Origin: Lingula anatina
Taxonomy: Eukaryota; Animalia; Brachiopoda
Reading direction: 5' to 3'
Length of the DNA: 64,000 nt
NCBI GenBank assembly: GCA_051362555.1
Contig: CM120648.1
Span: forward strand, 6,568,587-6,632,586
The notes beneath the pieces are model-generated. The model saw nothing but the letters and a program-made list of their open reading frames with translations, made no database searches and was not told where the DNA came from. Every line of letters starts with the position of its first letter. The first letter of the stretch is position 1. The translations under genes were made by a program, and so were the position numbers. This document shows positions 12,393 to 25,977 of this stretch, piece by piece.

Positions 12393-12813
12393 AAACAGGA
12401 GAAGACCTGATTTCAGGCTATCTTGGTCGATTCCCAATGTATCCATCGAAACGATACAAGTGGGTCAGACTTGGATTCCTTGAAAACAGGGTTTATGCAG
12501 ACTCATCACACTTCAATCATAAACTATACCACAGTCTGTTCCAAAAATCTGTACCCACTCTTTGACTGCCCAATACTCATATACTGTTTAGATTTAAATG
12601 CTTATTGACACTGCACCAAGTCTAATTAGTTATAATTAAAAAATTAACATCAGAATAATAACAAATACCGAGGCATAAAAGAAGAATATTCCCCCCTCCA
12701 AAAAAAAAATAAAATAAACAAACAAAAAAAAACAACAAACAAACAAAAAAAAAACATTAGTAATGGGCAGTCCAAGAGTGAATCCATATCTTAGGGACAT
12801 CCTGTATACTTAC

Positions 12814-12948
12814 CCCTCCAGGGGCAGTCCTGGTAGAAGTGGTCGCCTGATACACCTTGGGCGGCCCTTGTCCTGTATTGGAATAACTCATCACAGAAGA
12901 CTGGGAAAATGTGTGAACATTGGAATCAGGATCATTCTGTAAGTGTTC
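12814..12948 (-). CDS. MLF: MLF exon 3
   Basis: [45 protein letters not shown]; 135 nt, ag acceptor and gtaagt donor, phase 0/0. Too short for the ORF track. Confidence 0.92.
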
Positions 12949-13468
12949 CTTTAAAAAAGAAGTTCAGAAATGTTAACAACTCTGATCATTTATATATTTA
13001 TTTGTTTGTGCTATGTTATAGACAGCTGTGCTGTCACTGATTGTACCTTGTATGTGGAAAAGTTTATCAATAAAGAATCTGAACCGTACGAGCAGTATTA
13101 AGCCTCCAATGTTGACTACATAACCCAAGATGTGAAAGCTGTCAAAGCAATTATTTTTAAGACAATAACATAGTGCTCACAGTTTTTGATGTCTAGGATT
13201 CAGATATTACGCCAACTGCCGTGTATACTTAAATTTAGTTTGCTTTCTTAAAGGGCATGTAACCACTGCACTTAGAAAATCAGCTATGAAGGGAAGCATT
13301 CACATGCCTACAAGGTGGCATGTACTTATCATATTGCTGAATCCCATGTCAACTTTTTTTTGTTGTTGTTGCTGTATTGTTCTTTCTTCTGTCATACCTC
13401 ATGATTCAGAAGTTCATATTTTATGGATCTAAATGTAAGACTATTACTTATTGAGAAAAAAAAATTAC

Positions 13469-13748
13469 CATATTTTGATGCATGTTGCCCATTAGACTTC
13501 TCATGTTACCCATCATGCTATTCATGTGGCCAAATATTCCGCCAAAGGGGTCCATCCCCCCTGCAAACATATCCCTTGGGGCCAGCTCCTGCCTACGATT
13601 TCGTTGGCCTCGTCCTGGATCGCGCTGATTTCCCTGTGGCCGCCCATCTGTGAGAGCCAGTGGGTGTGCACTCCTAAGCATTGCGAACGGATCCTGCAGC
13701 ATGCCATTCATCATGCGCTCGTGGTGCCTCATCATCTCTTGGTGGCCA
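13469..13748 (-). CDS. MLF: MLF exon 2
   Basis: tttcag acceptor; GHQEMMRHHERMMNGMLQDPF...MDPFGGIFGHMNSMMGNM...HQNM then gtaatt donor; Met-rich MLF N-terminal region. Confidence 0.88.
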
Positions 13749-13753
13749 CTGAA

Positions 13754-13788
<35 letters not shown>

Positions 13789-14368
13789 CAACAACATAAA
13801 CTTATGCAATTTATAAAATAAGAACATAAATTTATGCAATTTAAAAAGAAATATATATGAGACAATAATCGTGCAGTTTTCTTAAAAAAACACAATCCAC
13901 ATGTACAGCAGCACTATAAAAGCACAAGACTTTGTCTGAAAAGGAGTTATGGGTAAATGGCAAGTCTTAAAGATGTTTACAGCACAGAAGGCTTTGCCTA
14001 GTCCCGTTTGCTGTCTTCAAAGCACTCTGAGGTCCTGTTCACATTGTGGCGTCTACTTTTTTTGTACCACACCATTCTGAGAGAGGCAAATTCTTCTAAC
14101 CAGACTATTATTAAACAAGACATCAGTCATTTAAATGGAAACCCATGCTCAATGTAAACATTTAACCCCTTCGATATTATGACTGGTTCTAACACTTGAA
14201 GTGAACTTGTGAAAGGGGATAAATGAATAATAATCAATATGTTAGAGACAGTCAAAATGTTGCAAGGGGCATTGCAGAAGGGTAAATGATGTTTGAAACT
14301 GTGCCACAGATCATGAGATGGCAGCACTAATGGCTAGGATTTGGCAGAGCTGATTAACCAGGTTCTGG

Positions 14369-14402
<34 letters not shown>

Positions 14403-14621
14403 TAAACGCCGTCTGACACCGACTTTCGACATAGTCTAACATATTAGTAGGCCTTCACATATATTTTAAAAAAATAAAATGCGGTGTTTTCATGAGTACA
14501 AGAACACTTTATTATGTGTTAAACCTACCTTGCCTTAAATACAACACCAAGGAGAACATTTTAAGTTAACTAAATATTAAAAGATGAGATCTCCACATTG
14601 TCAGAACGGAGACTTACTTAC

Positions 14622-14671
14622 CTAAAAAACGGGTCATTCTCGAATTCCCTAAAAAAGGAACCCCCCAACAT
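14622..14671 (-). CDS. MLF: MLF exon 1 (coding part)
   Basis: ATG at 14671: MLGGSFFREFENDPFF then AG|gtaagt, phase 2, joining exon 2 in frame; matches the FExDPFF N-terminal motif of MLF. Confidence 0.88.
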
Positions 14672-14806
14672 TTTAAACTAACGCACTCTTTACTAGTGAG
14701 CTTTTGTAGGTCACTCTTAAACGCCAAAAATTACTATGGTGTCGTTAAACGCTGAAAATCTGTCAAATACTTTCGTTCCTGACGTCTAGAAATTTCCTTT
14801 GTGAAA

Positions 14807-14816
14807 TGCGCATGCG
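14807..14816. promoter_or_regulatory. NRF1/EWG-type site in the MLF proximal promoter
   Basis: tgcgcatgcg about 140 nt upstream of the MLF ATG, within a locally CpG-rich patch. Confidence 0.4.
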
Positions 14817-15433
14817 TCTTTCGTTACTAGGATAGACGGCGCCCTAGTACCCAAGATAATACGCATCGAGTAATTCTATTAAAAGCATACAAAGAACACT
14901 TTAGATATTTTAATTTAACAAAAATAATTTTCTTGGAATTTTTATCTCTTTTCCCAGGTGTAACGTTTCTGGTAAATGACAAAATAAATAAATAAACAAA
15001 TAAAACAGATAAAATTGAATCAAATAAAAAGAGTTTAAATTAAAAAATAGAGCCTACAGTACTCACTGAAAATGATTAGTCGTAGGTGGTTAGTTTTAAG
15101 CACAGGCAAATGCAGATCAAACTTATACATGGGATTGGGAAGCTGAAAATAGTGTTTGTTTTTTTTTAGCTAAAGTCTGCCTTACCCAGTGGCAGATTTA
15201 GAGGGGGTGTCAGGCGACCCTCCCCCCCCTTCGGTTTCTGAAAAAAAAATCACACCTATATGGTCCTCTTGAAATGAGAAATCTGACAAGCTGAATCATA
15301 GTTATATAAATACCACCATACCAAATACCACCGTTAATGTTTTGCCCTCCAAAACAAAAATTTTTCGGGGCCCTTGAGCGCCCACCAAGCCAAGGGGGTG
15401 AGGGTGGTATCGTATTCGAAGACTGACATTCCT

Positions 15434-15464
<31 letters not shown>

Positions 15465-18400
15465 ACTTCAAATAGTCCTGGATCCAAATGCATTCTTTTA
15501 ACTGACATATCCTTGGGAACATATTTACAGTTTTTTTAAATTAAGTTCATTACTTTTACTGAGTCGTTTACAATCAACATTCAATTTTTGTGTTAATGCA
15601 TTATTGTGTTAATGCACTTTTTTCTTACCTTTTTCCCTTAAAGTGTATTAATTAAAAAAAGGGGTAAGCCAAATGGTTGAAAATGATTCGTTCATCAAGT
15701 AGCCTATCCAACAGAAAATCTTGGATATCCCGCTCCCCCTTTTGCTCTTATCATATTTTTAATAGAACAATTTTCTTTTCAATAAACTAAAAACCAAAAG
15801 CGTTTTTCCTAGAATGTATATAATCGTGGTTGAGCTTTTTGTTTCGTGATGTTTTCACAGAAGAGAAATTGATAACTTTTATGGCTCTTCGCCCCTGGTA
15901 AACCATCATGCAGACAATCAGATTAAGGTTTTGTCGTTGAATAGCGGTTTTCTTTGACAGTTCAGCACAAAGTTGTGTCACGTAACCTTCCGCTAACATG
16001 CCATGCTAAACACTGTGCTGCCACGTATCGGACGGAAAAAAAGAACACGGAACGAGAAAAAAAATATCTCGAAAACTTTCCGGTAAAATGTACATTTAAA
16101 AATTATCACTGTACATCTACTGGCTCATGGCATATTCACCAGGGTCGCCACAGTAGCTTTAACAACTTTGTTTCTGTTTTGGGGTGATCAATACCAATAC
16201 CCTTTCCCAGATACACAAAATAAATAAATAAAAAATAATAATAATGGGAATATAGCCTTAAACGAGCCCTTAGGAACTATGTGTTGTTAGACCAGTCTAA
16301 AAAAATGAGCGAGATTTTACTTGTGGTGAAACCGTATGCGTGGATATTCTTAGAAAAGCAATACATACAAGTGACAAAAAACATGGAGTTGTGCAATAGA
16401 CTGTAATTCGACAGAACTTAAAAGAAGAAAACCTGCGGATGAACGGTATCAGCTACCGAAAGCCCCATTATCTAAGTGTCACGCCATCGCAGTTTTTTAA
16501 CCGCCACAGAATAAGAGAGTGTTTAGGGAAAACACACCACAATACACAGCTTGTATAACCTAACATCATTTTAAGGTTTAAGGTGAAAAGGGCTAAGTTT
16601 GTGGTATCAAAATTAAACTAGTTTGGTAATGTATATAACTGAAATGTAACATGTTTGAAATAGGGCCTGCCTAAATTCCACAAGCTGAGAAAAAAAATAA
16701 AATGGCAAGTGACGACATTTGAGATTCCGTGATCCAGGAAATGCCATTTGGTGCATTATGGAAAATCTAAAATCTATAACTGAGTTCACGTGAAGAATTC
16801 TAATATCTAAAACTAAATATAAAAAACCCTATCTGCCAATATAATTACGTAATAAATTCATCATAAGCACCGTGTTGATCTTATTTAAGGAATAAATGAA
16901 TAAATAGAAGAATAAATAAATGAATAAATAAAAGTTGGGATAACACACCCGAGCTAGTCCAGGTCGTCCTTGAAGAAGGCACATATGGCGAAAGCGCAGG
17001 CGTTTTATACCCAGTTTTAAGTCTCTTTTTAGATGCGTTTTTAGCTGAAAGGTTAGAAAATTCAATAAATTTTATTTTTGCCACCCACAAATAAAATCAT
17101 AAAACCTCACATAAAAACGACTTAACCCCTTAAATATTTTTTGGACCGTACCTCATGCTGATACATGTATTTCCGTCGTAGCTTTAGGAAATCGTCGCTG
17201 CTCATAGTGACTTGGCCAGTCATTTTAAACTAAGTCAACCTTTATAAATTGAATTAAGGTCGAATCCAAGTGCAGAAAAGGATAGATAAATGATTCGTGC
17301 GTACGAGAAATTGATTATTTTCCCGAAAAAATCCTTTTTGGTGGTTATATCCCATAGAGTTGCCCTTAAATATATTTTTTATTATTATTCAATACCCACA
17401 TAATGGCCATAATGGATAGTAGGCCTATGTATAGCAAAGACCCGATAGCAAACAGGCGTAATCAACAATAGGAAAACAAGACCTTTTCCATTTCAACCAA
17501 ACTTTTGAAGTTAGGCTCCAAATGCCAAATGGGCAAACTGATCTGCCTGTCGTCTGCGTGCGTAGGCATTAATGCGCATGCGTGTGGAAACATTTTTTTT
17601 TTATGACTCGGCGTGTAATCTACACACGCGCAATAAAAAGAAATGGTGTTGCGTATCAAATTTGATAAAAGCTTTGAGTCTAGACGAAAAAGAGGATTCT
17701 TCCCAAATGATGATAAAACAAACAAACAAAAAGCCATTCCCTTTAACACTCATGCGTTACCTTAGATGGATAAAATTTTTGCTCGTAGGCCTACCTGTAG
17801 GGCCTACATGTAAATGACTAACATCTATAGGCCTTTATAAATATCTGACAATTTAGATTTGTATTTATAAGCATACACATGAAATTATCTGAGCTTTACT
17901 GAGTTTAAGGTGTAATAATGGAACAGTTTTAATTTGCCTGTAGTTGTGAAAGAAAAAAGGTAATTCTATCTGAAAGCTACTGCACCGCCACACCTTGAAT
18001 AATGCTCAGTCAATACACACAGACATGCTGCCAGACATTTCAAAGGGGGTCCTTATCCTAAAAAAATTTAGACCTTTTTGCCCTGTATTTGACTCAACTT
18101 GATCGATGGCACTAGACCTAGATCTAATTTTTATTGGATATAATAGACACAGAATATGATATTAGAATATGACACAGGAGAATAACAATATTTAAGCCGG
18201 TGTAACGTGACAGAGAGTCCCCCATGATAGATAGGAGTCCGCTTCCCATTCATTTGTAAAGGTAAGCCTCGCCCTAGATTTTGACCCACTTAACCCAGGT
18301 TAACTAAATGGAGGGACCCTCAGTTTCGATACAACGGCACTGACTGTCTTCGATAATGGTCATGTAGGTGAAAATGACGTTGTAAACAGTAAATCAATGC

Positions 18401-21400
18401 TTCTTTTGTGCCAGGCAGCGCAAACGATGCTTCTTTTCCCTTTAATCGGCGCACTAGTACTTTTCTTGTGCCTTCACTGGCGGATCCAGATATCTGCGGA
18501 GGGGTACAAGGATAATTTGTTCAGTCGGGTTATGTGAGATTTTTTAAAATTTGTGTTGTTTTCCGTCTTTTAGACTGTTTTTGAGAAGGAAGATCGGTGA
18601 AAAGGGGGTATCTGCGAAACTGGGGAGGGGTGGGGGCACTTTGCCCTTGGGGGTCGCCATTGAACTTATAAACACGAAGTTAGGTTGTTCTGCTTTTGAA
18701 CTGATATTCATCACGTCAGTCTTGAAATACACATCTCCAAGCGTGATACCATAAAATGTCAATATACAACCTTGATTTGATTTTACTGATAATCTAGAAG
18801 CACGACTACAGTCATTCGAGACAGGTGCCCTATGTTATATCACTCCCTGGTCTATTAAAGTAATTCTAATGCTCTTGGTATTCAGCCTTGTGTGATGATT
18901 ATTTCATAAGCATCCCAAACTGGTTATCTTTAGATACTGGCATTGTACAGGATTGTTTAGCATGATTCACTGATTCTGTGGAAATCGGGGATTATGTATA
19001 ACTTCCCTTCGCCTTGCCCTATCACGCAATAACTTAACACGCTATACTGCGTGGAGCATTAATGCCAAAGGCATTGTCTGAATTATTCTTTCTGGTGATA
19101 GTGTCTTATATCTTTTGCTTGACAATTTAATTTTTTCTCGTGTCAAGTTGCAATTAATGGTTGTGGTTGCAAAAGTTTTTTTTCACACTTATTCCTCTTA
19201 GAAATTGCTGCTGTTGCATGATAACCTTAGACTTAAGTAGATTGCATAGATATCGCTCTCTTTTGAAAGTGCACTGTGAGAAACTCAGCCACCCAACAGC
19301 CAAAAATTTGCACATTAGGTTATTATACCGACATTTATGTAGAACAATTAGACATAATGTAGTTTTATTTGATTATGTAGATAATCAAGATAATATTTTG
19401 ATTAATAGAAATAACGCAATCACAATTACTAATATTCAAAGTGTTTGACATCAATAAAGGGTCAAAAAGTATTATTTGAAATTTATTGAAGTTGTTAGAT
19501 ATTTTATCATTACATATATATCCCTCCATTCAACAAAGGGAAGTGTGTCGTTATGGACTGATATTTAGACCCTACTGATATATTGGTAAGTACATGAAGT
19601 ACTCAGTCCCATAGTGACACACGCTGAGGAAAGTCACAGTGCGACCGAACGCTTTGCGCCTTTTTGTTCATTTTGTGTAGAGAGTGAAATGTTTAAAATA
19701 AGAATAAATAACAACAGACTACACAGATGAATTTTCATCAGAAAATATCGACAAATAAACGGGAACATTATAAATGCTTAATTCTGAAAATTTAATAAAA
19801 TATTAAACATTACTTTTAAAATGTTAATTCGTGTCCACTTTACACGTTAACTTAAAAATACATATTAAATATACTCTTGCCCGAAGATCCGTTTTAAAAC
19901 TAAAAGTCGAAAAATAAACTAATCTCTAAAGATCGGTCGTTAACCGCATACTACTATAATGAAGAAAGTTACTCACAAGACAATCAGAAAGCTATGCTGA
20001 TTTGCACGTGCCACCTGATCGCACGACTGAGTTTGTCGTTGTTTAAAATGTTCACATAAAAGTGAAAGCTAAACAAGAAAGTGGTTTATCAAAACATTAC
20101 ACAGCTAGTAGAATTATTTGGAAATGTTTATTGCGAAAAATTAGGTACAACTTCAAATGCAACATCCAGAAAGTCGAGATATTAAACTTAAACGCCAGCA
20201 TTTCAACTTTCAAAGATTTAACAATGAGATGCATCTGAAACGGAGTTCGTGTTTATGATCGATCGCGACATAATGGTGGACCCTACAGTTTTCAGGAGCG
20301 GATCCAGAGATATTTTCTGACAGTTTTCTAAATTATCTTTGTTGATACATCCCAAATTTTGACCGCCTTCCGACAGACAAAATTAGGTACCCATCAAAGT
20401 AAACTTTAAAATCTTGCCCTCTTCCGGAAGACCCAGAAGACGGCCTCAATTCGCCCCTGGTTTTAATGTACATTAGTAAGATGATTTTATGGGCTTTGTT
20501 GTTTCTTATCCTTACATCTCCAATACATGTCTAACGCGAGAATTGATCACTGGTTTATGAAAAGGTTCATCAAGGTGTCGTGTAAGGCTAGTCAGAGCTG
20601 TCATCAAATTTCTCAACACGCAACGCAGACAGTACTTAATAGACAGCATAATCTGGGTGAAAAACCAGGGGGATTGAAAAGGAAATTAAGAAATGAAGAT
20701 ACCTATAGACAAATTAAACCAAACGCTTGAGACTTGAATTTTGAGATCATGGCCAGATTTTTGAAGTGGTAATGTCATTTTCGTGCTGGGCCGCGTATTT
20801 ATAATGGGTGACGGGGTAATTTGACATCGTTTCCGGCTGAGTGGTGGGACTCTGTAGCAGGCGACAGTTGCTTTACTGTGCAATATATAGTAGTGGAGAA
20901 AGTACATGAATGTTTAACTGGTAATTTCTCCTTTGTAAACGTTATTTATACATCGCAATATAAATATTAGCGGTATTCCAAACCTGGATGATATAAAGAT
21001 GCATTTAAAGAATGAAATAAACATACTTAAGAAGAATGAATCAAAAGTTTGCCACAAAACCTGACCAAATGCCACCATATAGTTTCAAATAGCATAACAT
21101 AAAGAAATACCGAAGGGCATCGTTTCGCATTTCCCAAAAAATGATATTTGAACGGATATTTTCTGCTTTCTTTTTGTGCTATATATAACCCTCGGCCGTT
21201 TTCGGCAAGTCGTTTGAATAATGGTGGTATTGCGCAACAGAAATGCGCCATTCATTACAATGTCATTTGGCGGACTTTACGTACTGGAGGGACGGATAAA
21301 TAGGCCAAATGTACGACCAGAAACTTAAAGAAAATGCAGTTTTAAAAGCTCTTCTATTGCTGATCAGCTGATCAATTTGGTCTATCCCTTGACATTTCGA

Positions 21401-21789
21401 TTTTCTTTGAGTCGTATAAGAAATAAGTAAAAGTGGTTTTCATGCGTATAAGGTAATCCACGCTCGCTTCATATATAACTTAAATATTTTTCCTTGACAT
21501 TTGGGCTGTTTTTGTCCACCATTGGAAGAGCTGCTCATAATGTCATGTTTTGAGTTCGATTAAGGAGGTGAGGTGGCGTAGGAGTTAATGTGTATTAGGT
21601 GGGGGGGGGGGGGGGGGGGGGGGCACTTCCCTCCCCTTGCTAATGAAGTTAACACAAAAACATGGTGCATTTGTACTGTTGTCGAATAGGATGTATTCTG
21701 CCAATCTTTTTCCGTTGCCGCACCGTACTCTCTGCCCTGTCATTCTTCTGACCCCCCACTCTCTTCCGATACTAGCGTGATTTCAGAGA

Positions 21790-21910
21790 ATAATTTCATC
21801 AGCTGTGTTAGGAAGTAAGAATAAAGTATTTTTTCTTCAATCAACGGCTAAATGTTGAAATTGTTTACCTCCAATATCTCGATGTCTGTCAGAGCATCTT
21901 CACCAGGGTA
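21790..21910. repeat. Dispersed repeat (MITE-like family), further copies at ~42500-42750 and ~53660-53800
   Basis: Shared sequence aatttcatcagctgtgtta...aataaagtattttttcttc...gtttacctccaatat...agagcatcttca. Confidence 0.65.
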
Positions 21911-23392
21911 TGTGGGAATAAGCTTTTCTTGCAGTTACAAAACCGGATATTCAACACAATTTTAACCGCTAAAACAGCTAAACAAACCCCAGTAGAGAAT
22001 ACCTCCCTCCCCCACCCTTTCAGACAACTCGACTCAGATATATCACACCTTAAAATTAAGCGAACCTCTTGCCGACCTTTCCAACTGCTAACCAGTGCAG
22101 ATATCCACTACACGTGCTGCGAGCAGATAACGTAAGTCATACCTGGAAATGTCTCCCATAGGTGATACTGGAATAGGTCATGTTAGGACAACATGAAATG
22201 AAGAAACTGCTAATCCCACTGGCAGAATATTCAAATATAGTCACTCATCATTATGTATAAATGTGTTGTAACTGAAGCCAAGAAAGTACATGTAAAGTTC
22301 AGTTCAGTTTTTTTATGCCTCACTTCACGTGCGTCTAAGTGTAGTTTACTTTACGCCTGGTTTATTTTTAGGGGCCAGGGCATAGCCTAGGTATTGACCT
22401 TCTCGCCTCCCTGGGGAGGATACAGCCCAACTGCTATATTATAAGGCATTGAAAGCTAGCTAACGAACAATATCTTTCACTACCAGGACCTTTACCCCTG
22501 CGTCAAGCCCTAATTTCTGAGTGCCAAGTAAGGAGACGACTTTACACTCTCTACTTTATATTTCTATATAAAAATATATTCCTTGAGGAAGGGGGGATAG
22601 TCCGGGGGGAGGGGGGTTGTCCTTGGGGGGAATTGTCCGGGGGGGGGGGGGGTGCGTATCCGGGGGGATTATCCAGGGAGAATTGTCAATTACAGCTGCT
22701 TCCAAACCTTTTTTTTTCAGTTTCATTTTTATAGTTATTAAAAATATATTGTCATGTAGATTGTATGGTGATTTTTTTCTAAAGAACTTACAAATAGAAT
22801 TTGTAGGCAGCCTGCTTTTCAGTTTTGATGCTACCACTCAAAAAGGGTGTTCAAATGGAAAAAAAATTACATTCTTACATCCTTTTTTAAAATTTCCACT
22901 GTATTATAATTCGCAAGTACTTGCTTGGGCAATTGTTTCTATTGTTTTTTTTCTTGTCTGTTTGTTTTCAAAGTGAACACTGCATAGAAAGTTTGCACCC
23001 CGTTACCTGAATGGCTTCACTCGCGTCTTCGATCGCCATGCCACCACCCGTGCGTTTCTTAAACTAGATTTACACCTTTATGAAATTTATGTAAAAACCA
23101 ATAAAATGGTATACAAAATTGTTAATTTCAGTTCGTTTTCTTCTGATTATGGTATACCGTTTTAAAGGTTGGCATCCAACATCTAATTGAATCAATTAAC
23201 AAGGAATTAGAAAGACGTTCTTCTCCAGATTAATTTCCTGTTATTGCAAAAATCTGATATTTAAATAATTACTGAAAAATTTATGTAATAAAATCAACAT
23301 TTAATAGGAAACATTGAAGTTGATTTTTTTAGAGAATAATACCCTGTAATTGATGGTAATTAATGTTATGGCGGTGAATGTTCATACCGTCG

Positions 23393-23720
23393 TTAAAGGG
23401 ATAATAGCCGTTCGTAAGATATCCATATTTCACAATAAATACATTGTAAATAACTCATAGAAATACACTAAATTCCCAAAAGGGCGGTTAACACAATTAT
23501 TTTGGAATTTGTGCTTTCCATCACATCACCTGACCTCCACATATGGCTACACCCTGTAATAATCTCTTAAGAGATTATTACAAAAAACTTTTTAGAAAAA
23601 AAACAGGGACTTATTATGAATGTTGGAATGGATTCATTTGATATTGGTAAGTATGGAAAAATGTCCTTTACCCCAGGAAAATTAATTTTTTGGCCAAAAT
23701 AAACAGTTTTTATCCCGTTA
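23393..23720 (+). mobile_element. Dispersed non-autonomous DNA element starting at TTAA (Kolobok-like); copies at ~28200-28335 (+) and ~39990-40323 (-)
   Basis: Begins ttaaagggataatag. The block aatggattcattt..attggtaagtatgg.aaaat...taccccaggaaa recurs at 28248-28305 and, reverse-complemented, at 40010-40065; that copy ends in tatccctttaa. Confidence 0.55.
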
Positions 23721-24345
23721 ATATAACTGAAAGTACCGTATAGGTGTAGATGAGTATACACATAATGCTGACTAATTAGGAAAAATTGGTAGGTGCATTT
23801 TAGATATCTTCTTTGTGAAAAAATGAATTAGATACTGGTTAAAGGTAATATCTATGCATGATAACAGAGCGACTAAATCTGCTTCCAATTTGCTCTATCA
23901 CTTAGATTATTTAATTGGGGTGACTAGTCTGGGTGGGTTAATTTTAATGTACTTTGTGGTGTCTCGTAAAAAGTTTATTGGATAGGTTTTGCCTAGGGTT
24001 AGTTTTAAAGGGTCATTACACCAGTCTTTGCTAAAAACGTATATTTTTATATTAAAGGTGGATATTCTTTTATTTATAGTGATATATGTGATCTCCAAAA
24101 TAATTTTGACGCTGCTGTTGCCTCCCGCGAATATCTTGAACTATAGCATCAAGACAGAAACCATGGTCGTTTCATAGTCAGAAGTCCCACCACTTTGTAG
24201 ATTGCTCCCATCGATCACGTCTGCTCGTTTTACTATCTAGGGCCTTTGTGACATCCAACGCCTGTTGCATGACAGTTATCCGAAGAAAAAAAATCATCTC
24301 TCGAAAAATCAGTCAAATCTTCAAGGATCGTGGTCTGTTCTTTAA

Positions 24346-25014
24346 TGCCCCTATTTCACACAGACCACAAATCCCACGAATGGCCATGAATTGACAAATT
24401 TCACGATTCGTGGTTGCATCGTAATCAGTTCGTGAAGTTCTTAACAGATTTGTATATATTCGTAGTCAGTTTTTGCACTTCTTGACCAACAGGAATTAGT
24501 GGCAAAAACTTTGATGCCCCTATTTCACACAGACCACGAATCCCACGAATCGCCAGGAATTGAAAATTTCAGGATTCGTGGTTGAATCGTAATCAGTTCG
24601 TGAAGTTCTTAACAGATTCGTATATAATCGTAGTCAGTTCTTGCAATTCTTGATCAATCGGGAATTCGTGGCAAAAATTTTGAGCTGTTCAAAGTTTTGG
24701 CCACGAACTCCCGATTCTAAAAAATCGTAGTAAATTTCTGGACAATATTCGTGCGATTCCTCGTTACACTATCGCACCTGTATCGTAACTGAATCGTAGA
24801 GCGTGTCAAATTAGACTAGAAAATTGGAAAAATCTCACGATTCCAGCCGAATCCCACGAATATTCGTAACACTATCGTAACTGTATCGTAACTGAATCGT
24901 GAGCGTGTCGAATTAGACCAGAAAATTGGCAAAATCTCGCGAATCCTCACGAATCCTGAAATTTGTCAATTCCTGGCGATTCGTGGGATTCGTGGTCTGT
25001 GTGAAATAGGGGCC
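24346..25014. mobile_element. PIF/Harbinger-like MITE with long TIRs and a duplicated left end
   Basis: TIR gcccctatttcacacagaccac.aatcccacgaat at ~24347 and again at ~24516; inverted copy ending ~25013; TAA on both flanks. Confidence 0.75.
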
Positions 25015-25977
25015 TAAGATGTAAATCCGCCTTCTCAAAATCTATGTCTGGTCAACTCCTTTGTATGGCTGCGAGTCTTAAACTTTGAAAGCCGAAACTC
25101 AACGCAACATCGAAATGCCATAATGTGGTTCTACTGGCGCATGCTCCTAATCTGCTGCATTGATAAGTTACCAACGAAGAGGTTCTTAAACGTTGTTGTC
25201 AAAAAATTATATAAAGGGTCATATATATATATATATGGAAAATCTTAGCGTTAGTGGTAGAATACCTGGCAAAAGTGCCCGAGACAGATAACGAAATACC
25301 TTTCTTGACAATTCTGAATTTGATATTCCCACAAGGCATCTTTGGTCAACTGCAAGAAACAGGAACCTTTGGCAAAATATCAACATTCAGCAAACACCCG
25401 CATGGTGATGGCACATGAAAAAGAAGAAGAATGTGGCCCCAAGGAAATCCCCATGCAATAAAAGACAAAGTACTCCTCGTGACAAAATGACTTAGCATAA
25501 AATATCTCGATTCTCACGGAATTGCGGTTAGGATAACTTAGCATATAATATCATGGTTCTCACAGAAGTATCGTTAGATTATTTGGCATAAAATTACGTT
25601 TCTTTTATGTTGAAATCGACCGGCCTTTGTCATCGAATGAAAGACGAAACAATTCAAAGGATCTTATACACAAGGTAAAATGCGCAGTTAAGACGGCATT
25701 CAATTGTAAAGGAAAGTTATAAGGGAGACCAAAGCATTACGAACAAAAGCTCCTTTCTCTATTGTTAACCGCTGAAATAGGCATACAGTAGTTAAGTAAG
25801 CATGAGCAACGGGAGTCTTCCGGAAAATTCAGGCAATGCACTGTTCCAGTGTTTCACTTAGTTTACAATTTTAATAGAATCAAGAGAACCAGCATTGACA
25901 TTAGCAGCCCCACAAGGGAGCAATTGACACCTTAGAATAATGATGAGTTTTTATAAGCACTGAGAAATATTAGCAAA

